Origin: Eledone cirrhosa
Taxonomy: Eukaryota
Length of the DNA stretch: 64,000 nt
Assembly: GCA_964016885.1 (NCBI GenBank)
Contig: OZ024742.1
Location: 127,844,001-127,908,000, forward strand
Reading direction: 5' to 3'
Numbering within the stretch: position 1 is the first letter of the stretch; each line of letters begins with the position of its first letter. The position numbers and the translations under genes are program-made. This document shows positions 53,001 through 63,200 of the stretch, piece by piece. The notes beneath the pieces are model-generated. The model worked only from the letters and a program-made list of their open reading frames with translations. It was not told the DNA's origin and ran no database searches.

Positions 53001-56000
53001 TTCACTGCAAGGTGAGAGAGACCTCCCCATTTTACCATGGCACCAGCGCTAGAGTGGTTGTTTATCATGGCATCAGCAATAGTGAGGTTGTTTATTATAA
53101 CATTAGCACTAGAGAGGTTATTTAGTTCACTGCAAGGTAAAAGAGGACACTCCATTCCATGCAGCCATTGTTTCTGAAGACAAATTTCAATCATCATCAT
53201 CATCATTTAATGACCATTTTCTTTGCTAACAAAGCTTGGATGTGTTATCACAAACTAAGTTGGTTCTAATCAGAGCCACTGATCTCTCAGAAGGACTGAA
53301 GCTACATCTTGTTTACATATGTTCCTGCTCTCTACAAAGTGCATTGTGTATTTTATCATGGCACCAACACTAAGGAAAGTGTCATGGCTTTCCCACAACT
53401 GAAGAGTCCTCTCTACACATCTTTTATTTAGTATGTTTTCTATAGCTGGATGCAACCAGCTTTCATTGTTGTAAATTATTTATGTAAAATACAGACCATA
53501 TAGACAATGATTTTGTGATTCTGCTGCCATTTGACATTTGCTTCTGTTTTCTTTTCTTTGACTATCTTGTTTGTGTGACAGCAAATACATGCACATTGCT
53601 AATTATATGTGGTTGTTTGTAGCCAAGTGAAACAGTGCCTACATTTAAGATATTCAGATATTTGCAAGATTATAAGATATTTTTCCTTTCATCATCATCA
53701 TCATCATCATTTTAGGTCCACTTTTCCCTGCTTGCAAGGGTGGGACGGGAACTGATCTGGCTTGATTTCTACAGCTGGATGCCCTTCTTAACACCAACCT
53801 CATTTACAGTGAGTGCTGGGTGCTTTTTTGCCGTGGCACCTCCACGACCACTTTGCAGTGGAATGATAGGGACCCCAGTCCCTATCATCTCATTTCTACA
53901 GCTGAGCAAACTGGAGCAATGTGAAATAAAGTGTCTTGCTCAAGGAAACAACACATCACCCGGTCTGAGAATTGAACTCACAACCTTTCGATTGCAAGCC
54001 CAATGCTCTAGCCACTAAGCCATGTGCCTCCTTCCTTTATTTATTAATATGCCACATCAATACTATTTCTATATTTACTTCTTGAATGTATCTTTACAAA
54101 AATTAAAACTATAAAGTATAAATTTCCTCAAAATCTATGTGTATTTTATCATTTATTTATTTATTTATTTATTTTACAGGTGGATATTCTTCAGGCCAAA
54201 ATGAAAGTAAGTATTTGAAATTCATTCACTCAAAAATACTCTTCCTGGTCATACTTCCAAAAACTTCCAAAAACAATATCCTATACTTTTGAGATTTTAT
54301 AATTTCTTCAGTCTATTTCATAATCAACTGGTTGACTTTAAGAGAAAATCCAAATGAAACCATTTTCTAATGCTTTATGCAAATGTCCAAAGATATTGTT
54401 CAGATGTTTCAGAGATATTTTAATAGATGTAAAATAGTAAAGCAGCTCCCAGCTTCTGATACGGCACAGCATTTTTTTGTCATGATTACAAATAATTTTT
54501 CTGTAGTTCATATTAACCACTTAATAAAATTTCTATTTTAACCCTTTAGCATTTACATTACTCTATATTTGCTATTGTAATTCCACAGCAAAGGCTTTAT
54601 CTTAAATAATTATCTCACATAATATCGAATCTATGAAATTTTGATATTATTTATTTTGAGAACAATACCTTAACATCAGTATGAGTAACATTGCAGCTGG
54701 TTTGAACAGAAAGAGGTGAGAGAATTCTGGCCAGATATGGCCGATTTAAATGCTCAAGGGTTAATAAAGAAGATGATAGTCTTATCTTTAATAAACAATG
54801 TCTTATAATACTATGCTGCTTAGATGTCTGGCATTTGTCAGTAACAATAATTGTTTCTACTTTTGGCACAAGGCCAGCAATTCTCAGTGCACTACTGGTA
54901 CTTTATTTTATCGACCCCGGAAGGATGAAAGGCAAGGTTAATTTTGCCGAGGTTAACATTTGTCAGTAACAATAATGAAAGCATTGTTAACCAAATATTT
55001 TTTAATGAACCAATTAAATCAATATTTCTTAAGTCAATTATAATTAAACCTATTTACTCCACCCAATGTTATTTGCTATGCTGGACAAAATATTTTTATG
55101 TCTATTCATATTTTGCTTACTTACAGGATATTCAAAAGGCCTTTGACTCTTCAAAGAATAATCTTTCTCAGGTAAACATTAATATTTCATTTACAATATT
55201 TTATATAAAAAATTATTTTATGCAATAAAATGTTGTTTCACAATGGTTTTATGAAAACAAATATGAATAGTGAGTACCAGGTGGATTATCACCTTTGGAA
55301 ATCTTTTTCAGCTATACTTTGTTTAAAATATGTATTTTCTGTTCAATCTTAGATTAGTTGGCAAATTAAAACTTTGACAGACATTACCTTCTGATGCACC
55401 TGATCATTGGTGTTATCTGGGTCAGTGAGTGCTTCTGGTCTTTCAATAATTAGACATCATCACCCAGGTGACTCCAGGTGGGGTGATAAAGCTTGGCTTG
55501 TATCTAGCTAGCACCTTTTCATAGCATTACTCCACTTATGCTCTTCTCTTTGGATCCACAGCCACCCTGATGTAATTTTTATTACTTTGTTGGCCAACTT
55601 GATGACCTTTCATATACAAACTTTTTTGTTGCTCAGAATGATGTAGGCCTTTCAGAGGAACTTACCTGTGAACATACTGCCCATTTCAATGGGTTCATAT
55701 CTTGCATGCCACCAGTTGTTTCACCATTCTTCCACCAATTCTGCGTACTTTGCACTCTTCCCCTCAATGCAGTTTCTGAAAGCCTCAACTTTCAGCTCCA
55801 GGTTTTGTGCCATTGCTAGTAGATCAAATATGTTAGTCATGGCAGTTGGTATTAGATCTTTCCCAGTCTTGATGAAAACACTGGTCTTCACTTAGCAGAG
55901 AGGCTTGTGGCTAATCCTAAACCAGGTAGTGTCTTTCTGGACTTGGTTGTGTTGCTAGCGGTAACATCCCTCACTAACAGTTTTTGAGCAGTTATAGAAG

Positions 56001-56334
56001 TCGTCCTGAGTCCAACTACTCAAGCATAGATTTGGATATAAGATATTGATACATTTAATTTAATTTAAATGTGTTTTTATATGAAATAATATCATTTTCA
56101 ATATTTAGTGTGATATTATCAAATATACATCCTTTTGATATTTTGTTTTTATATTATTATTTTTTTAAATATTCTAATTTGCTGATGGCAGCTGAAGTAA
56201 CTGAAAGTTCAAGTCATCTACTCTGGCTTGGCTCACATTTGAACAGCTCATCTAACCCATGCTAGTGTGGAAAATAGTGATGATGGTGTTGATGATGGTG
56301 GTGGGGGTGGTAGTGGTGGTGGTGGTGGTGGTGG

Positions 56335-56369
<35 letters not shown>

Positions 56370-59300
56370 CTCCTTTTTTTTCCAGGCCAGCAAAAAAACA
56401 GAAGATTATCAAGAAAGAGTATTTGAACTACAAGAAAAAATGGAAGAGTTAATGGTGAGTACCAGACAAATATTTGATAACTTCTTATGTTAGAAGGAAT
56501 GTGAATTACTCTATCCTTCTTCAACAACTAAACCCCTAGTAGATATTCCAAAAGAAATTTATAAGGAGCTAATATTGAGTGAATTCTGAGAAGAAATTTA
56601 AATTATTTGAGAATCAGTTAATCTGTTGACTGGCTTAACACTATTTCAAGGGTCTTGGGTGCCTGTAATGGAGTTCACTCTGTTGTAAGCCTTTGAGTCA
56701 GGTCTCCAGTGTCAGGAAATCTTCTTCCTTTCATCACAATAGTCTTGGAGGCCTTGAAAAAAATCATCAAAATTGACAGACAAACTACTTTCTTTTTGTG
56801 CTGGTCATCAGCAAAACGTTTGGTGTCCTTGGTCTCAAAACTGTCATTTTCCTCTGCAGGGAGTGCATCCCACCCAAAGAAAGAGCCCCAGGAGGAATTT
56901 AATATTCCAGATACTGCATAGCATGATATCTGAAAATATGTTATCATTATGGCAGTGGGTAGAGGGTTGAATGAAATGTCATTGCAGCATTTGTTCTGAT
57001 TGTTGACATTCTGAGTTCAAATCCAGCCAAAGTCTTTCATCCTTTTGGGGTTGATAAAAGAAAGTACCAATCAACTGAAGTTGATTTAATCACCATTGCC
57101 TTTCCTCTAGATTTGCTGGCCTTGTGCCTAAATTAGAGAAACCATTATATATCATATATACAACTTTTAAATTAAATGATTAGACATGAACGTTTTTTTA
57201 AAGAAGTTGTTTTGTTGCATTCCAAACTCAGTTCATTAACACATTAACATTTTAGTTATCAGCACAAAGTACTAGTACATAAGTTATAGTTATTAGTGCA
57301 CAAGTTATAGTTACTAGTACATAAGTTATAGTTACTAGTACAGAAATTATAGTTACTAGTACATAAGTTATAGTTATTAGTGCACAAGTTATAGCTACTA
57401 GTACATAAGATATAGTTACTAGTACATAAGTTATAGCTACTAGTACATAAGATATAGCTACTAGTACATAAGATATAGTTACTAGTACATAAGTTATAGA
57501 TACTAGTACATAAGTTATAGCTACTAGTACATAAGTTATAGTTACTAGTACATAAGTTATAGTTACTAGTACACAAGTTATAGCTACTAGTACATAAGAT
57601 ATAGTTACTAGTACATAAGATATAGTTAGTAATGCATAAGATATAGTTACTAATACATAAGATATAGCTACTAGTACATAAGTTATAGTTACTAGTACAT
57701 AAGTTATAGTTACTAGTACATAAGTTATAGTTACTAGTACATAAGTTATAGTTACTAGTACACAAGTTATAGTTACTAGTACATAAGTTATAGTTACTAG
57801 TACACAAGTTATAGTTACTAGTACATAAGTTATAGTTACTAGTACATAAGTTATAGTTATTAATACATAAGATATAGTTACTAGTACATAAGTTATAGTT
57901 ACTAGTACATAAGTTATAGCTACTAGTACATAAGTTATAGCTACTAGTACATAAGATATAGTTACTAGTACATAACTTATAGTTACTAATACATAAGTTA
58001 TAGCTACTAGTACATAAGTTATAGCTACTAGTACATAAGTTATAGCTACTAGTACATAAGTTATAGTTACTAGTACATAAGATATAGTTACTAGTACATA
58101 AGTTATAGTTATTAATACATAAGATATAGTTACTAGTACATAAGTTATAGTTACTAGTACATAAGATATAGCTACTAGTACATAAGTTATAGTTACTAGT
58201 ACATAAGTTATAGTTATTAATACATAAGATATAGTTACTAGTACATAAGTTATAGTTACTAGTACATAAGATATAGCTACTAGTACATAAGTTATAGTTA
58301 CTAGTACATAAGTTATAGTTATTAATACATAAGATATAGTTATTAGTACATAAGTTATAGTTACTAGTACATAAGTTATAGTTATTAATACATAAGATAT
58401 AGTTACTAGTACATAAGTTATAGTTATTAATACATAAGATATAGTTACTAGTACATAAGTTATAGTTACTAGTACATAAGATATAGTTACTAGTACATAA
58501 GTTAAAGTTACTAATACATAAGATATAGCTACTAGTACATAAGTTATAGTTACTAGTACATAAGCCATCATTATAGTTACTAATACATAAGTTATAGCTA
58601 CTAGTACATAAGTTAAAGTTACTAATACATAAGATATAGCTACTAGTACATAAGTTATAGCTACTAGTACATAAGCCATCATTATAGTTACTAATACATA
58701 AGTTATAGCTACTAGTACATAAGTTATAGTTACTAATACATAAGATATAGTTACTAGTACATAACTTATAGTTACTAATACATAAGTTATAGTTACTAAT
58801 ACATAAGATATAGTTACTAGTACATAACTTATAGTTACTAATACATAAGTTATAGTTACTAGTACATAAGTTATAGTTACTAGTACATAAGTTATAGTTA
58901 CTAATACATAAGATATAGTTACTAGTACATAAGATATAGTTACTAGTACATAAGATATAGTTACTAGTACATAAGTTATAGCTACTAGTACATAAGTTAT
59001 AGCTACTAGTACATAAGTTATAGTTACTAGTACATAAGCCATTGTTATAGAGATGGAATAAGTAATAGTTGATTTCTTCATCAAACTTTAGCAAATCTAT
59101 GGGAATTGACAAAATTGGTTGGGGAGTTAGATTAAAAATGCCTTGGCATTTGTTCTAGTTCATTGTGGTCTGAGTTCAAATCCCACTGAGGTCAAATTTG
59201 CCTTTCATCCTTTCAAGGTCAATAAATAAAGTACCAATCCAGTACTTTCTTGCTCTAGAAGAAGTTGGTTATGTTATGACCTGGAGGGGATGGGCTTCAC

Positions 59301-60167
59301 CAGGTTTAAAATGCCCAAGATATGTCAGGATAGTACCCCCATGAATCCATAAGAATTTAAGGATGCAAAAATGTTTGTGCATTTTATATATATGTATATA
59401 TATACAGTTGTCCCCTGGTATTCACAGGGGTTATGTTCCTAGAACACCTGCGAAGAGTGAAAAACCGCAAATATTGGATGTGGTCCATAAAAATGCCTAT
59501 AAACTTCAAAATATAATGTAAAATATAATAACAAAAAGTCTTATGCGAAGGGATGTCCATTAGGCTGGCAAATATGGTGTATTGTTATTAATAATTTAGT
59601 TTAAAAAAAATATATTTTGTCACAAAAAAAGGCATTAAAAAATTGTGGAAGATATTTACAATTCCACGAATATGCAGTGGTTTCCACAAAAAATTATTAG
59701 TTAGGTTCTAAAAAATTCCACAAATGCCAGGGGTACACTGTATATATATATATATATATATGGAGTGTCTGTGGTGCTAAGCCTGGAAAGACCACTAATC
59801 AAAGTAGTACTCGGTGCATAATGGGATTCAGAGTTGGTATACTTAGGAAGAAAGTATTTTGCTATGAGCTCCTATGGTTTTCTAATTTTCTTACCTGTTC
59901 TAATCTTATATTAATTTTCACTGAAATCCTAGCAACTCTATGAAGAAAAAACTGGACAGCTAGCTGGAAAAAACATAGTTGCAAATGTATTGCGCCCTGT
60001 GGAAGCAGCAGAGTTTTCAACAGGCCGTCGTGATAGTTCTGTTTCAGTTACATCAGCAGTCTCAAACTTTGTTCCTGGTAATTATATATTCTATGTATTC
60101 TTTTAAATCATATGCTTATCTTCTGATATGTCCTTCTCTCTCTCTTTCTCTCTCTATTGCACCTCCA

Positions 60168-60262
<95 letters not shown>

Positions 60263-63200
60263 TGGTTTTCTAGTAGTTTTTCAAAAGTATGTTTCATCAT
60301 CCTTTAATATCCATTTTCCCTGCTAGCAAGGGTTGGATGGGTCTTCATAGCCAAGTCAATATTGAAGTGGGTCTACTGACATCCCAGACAGTCCAAGAAC
60401 CTGCATTCTCGCTTACATACAGTCCCACACACTTTCTAGTGTATTTTATTATGGTACAAGCACTAAGGGGTTTTCATAATTTGACATAACTGAAAGGGTC
60501 TCCCAAACCTTTGTTTGGCAAGCTTTCTACAGCTAGATGCCCTTCATATCACCACCCACTTTACAGCATGTACTGGGTGCATTTATTGTGTAGATAACCA
60601 AAACAAAGGACTGCCATGCCCTTGAGTCAAATTAATGATCCTCCTAACCCTTTTTCTATGGCAAACTTTGGCTGGCTGGATGCTCTTCCTTTCACCAACC
60701 ACTCTAAAGCATGTACTAGGTGCATTTCAACTAGACAGATATTGGCAGTCTTTAAGTGTAGGACAAATTACTTTGTGGTATTTGTTCTGACTTTCTATGT
60801 TCTAACTTTAAATCCAACCAAGGTCAATCCACCCTTTTACCCTTCTGGGGTTGATAAACTCCAGTATAGATAAAATACCAGTATAGATAAAATACCAGTA
60901 TAGACAATAAAGTAACAGGATTGTTAGAGTGTAGATAGCTCATTGCATTAGTGTATTTGTTCTGGTTGTTTGAATGGTAGACATAATCTATCACCTGGTT
61001 TACCACCATCACATGGTTCTTGGGTGTCATTAGCAGAGTTCACTTTGTTGCAAGTATTCCTCTTTTCTTCCCACCAGTCTTGGAGGCCCTCAACAAATAA
61101 AGATCATAAGCAACACTAATGATCTTTTTGACTAAGTAGTAAGAAAAAAAATAGATGCTGAATCTGAGTGCAATCATCTCTCTTCCCCCCATATAAAATC
61201 TCTTCTTATTCTTTTATGCTACATTTTACTATTCTATCTGATATCTTTGTTTCAGCTCCACCACCAGCACCACCAATTAAGGATAATAACTCCAATTATT
61301 CATCCAAAAGGAAATTTGAACCTAAAGTAAATTTACCAGTTCTGAATTGGCTTCCATTGAACAATGTTCAAAAAACAATCTTTGAAGTAAGTCAGTTATT
61401 AGATTAACTTGTTACTACAGAAATCCAATAATGTAAAATATTCATTATGATTAAATGTTTTAGTTAGATGTAGTTAATTTAGTTGGGTATGGTTTATTGT
61501 TGGCAGTCATATCTTTCTGGGAAGGGGGGGGGGGTCAATAAAATAATGTACCAGTAAAATACTGGGGCTGATATCATTATAGGCTCCTACGAGTCCATCA
61601 GCAATTACAGGTCTACACATACATACAATAACATATACATGGGAAGAGTTTATGTAAAAATAAGACAAATCTCCATATAATAAATTCTGCCTATAAATCT
61701 TTATTTTTAGAAATCTTGAAATGTTTAGCAAAAAACAATTTGCATATTTTAAATAAGAAAAGACATTTTACATGACTGCTTGAAGATATAAGGAAGTTAG
61801 ATATGGAGCTGCTTTTTTTCTTCTTCACCTACTTATTCCTGAGAAAGTCATGGGGAAGAGACCTCAAGCACACCTTCCAGCAGGCCCTGTCAGAAGCAAC
61901 CATCTCTAATTGATCCAGCTGGATTCCCAAGCAAGACCAGCCAAGCTCATCGATGTTATCCAACCATCTTGCTTGGAGTCTATCCCTGGATCTTCTGCCA
62001 GTTGGTTTTGCCCATAAAATCTGTCCAGGGATTCTTTCCTTAGACATTCTGACCACATATCTGTAATATGGAAACTATGATCTCTTGATTCAGAGAAGTA
62101 GCAGCTCTACTTGGAGCAACTCTCTGATCTCCACTCTATCAAATAACATTACTCCAAAGACTCTTTGGAGAAATCCTATTTCAGCTGCTTTTATTCTCAT
62201 GTATTTGCATCAACATGTTATTGTTAAACATATTCAAGAGAGGAAACAGATGATAAAAGGAATGATAGAGGAAAGAGAAGACAGTGGAAATTTTGTTTGG
62301 TGACAGTTGAGAAATGTTTTATTTATTATTTTAGGAACTCAACGATGATGCTATATACCAAGAAATTGATTTCTCAGATTTTGAAAACAAATTCCAGCTT
62401 TCTAATGAAAACACCAATGTGCCATTCACCCGATCTTTTAAACGTAAGTATTACAATTGATAATTATCATTCCCTTATTACAATTAATATATGTTACATT
62501 ATATATATCTAAGATAATATACAGGGTGTCCCAAAAATACATACACACTTTGATTACCTGTACAGGCAATATTTATTACAATGCTGTTGAAGTGTGTATA
62601 CATTTTAGAAGGATACCCTGTATATAACTATTGGTATGGTCCCGTAACTGCTGGTAGAGTCGTAGGGGTGCCATATTGACATACAGCGTTTCTTGGGCAC
62701 TTTAAGCCTGGCGGAGCCTATAACCATTACTGATATGTAAAATTTTCTCCGTTTATTTTAGTTTGGAAGGATAGTTAAACCTTAATTTGTCACCTTTCCC
62801 TTTCAACCTTCTTGGGGTCATTAAAATATACAATAGTCAACTACTGGGATCGAATTAATATTCTTATAAATCATCTTATATGTAAATGGAATTATTAATA
62901 GAAAGCGAAGATCCTATTTGTGATTGATGTACATATAAATATAAGCAAAACACTGACGCATGTATGTATCTATGTTATATTATGAAGGGGAAATGATTAG
63001 AATTTAGTCACTAGCATGTGAACAATTGGCAGTATCAATAGGGAGTTGGACGCCATGCTTTGCAGCATAGAGTTATGGCCCTTTACGGTCTGAGTTCAAA
63101 TCCCGCTTGGGTTAGCTTTACCTTTCATTCTTACAGGGTCGATAAAATAAAGTACCAGTAATGCACTAGGGTAGAAACTATATATGTGCCAAGAGAAATA

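Noticed and set aside
56267-56452. Gly/Asp-rich ORF with an NLS-like end
   Set aside because: Microsatellite tail read into exon 13 in the wrong frame
57252-59112. 610- and 617-aa ORFs (TITYVLV / CTSNYNL repeats)
   Set aside because: Translations of a 21-bp minisatellite that happens to lack stops on one strand; intronic, no unique coding sequence
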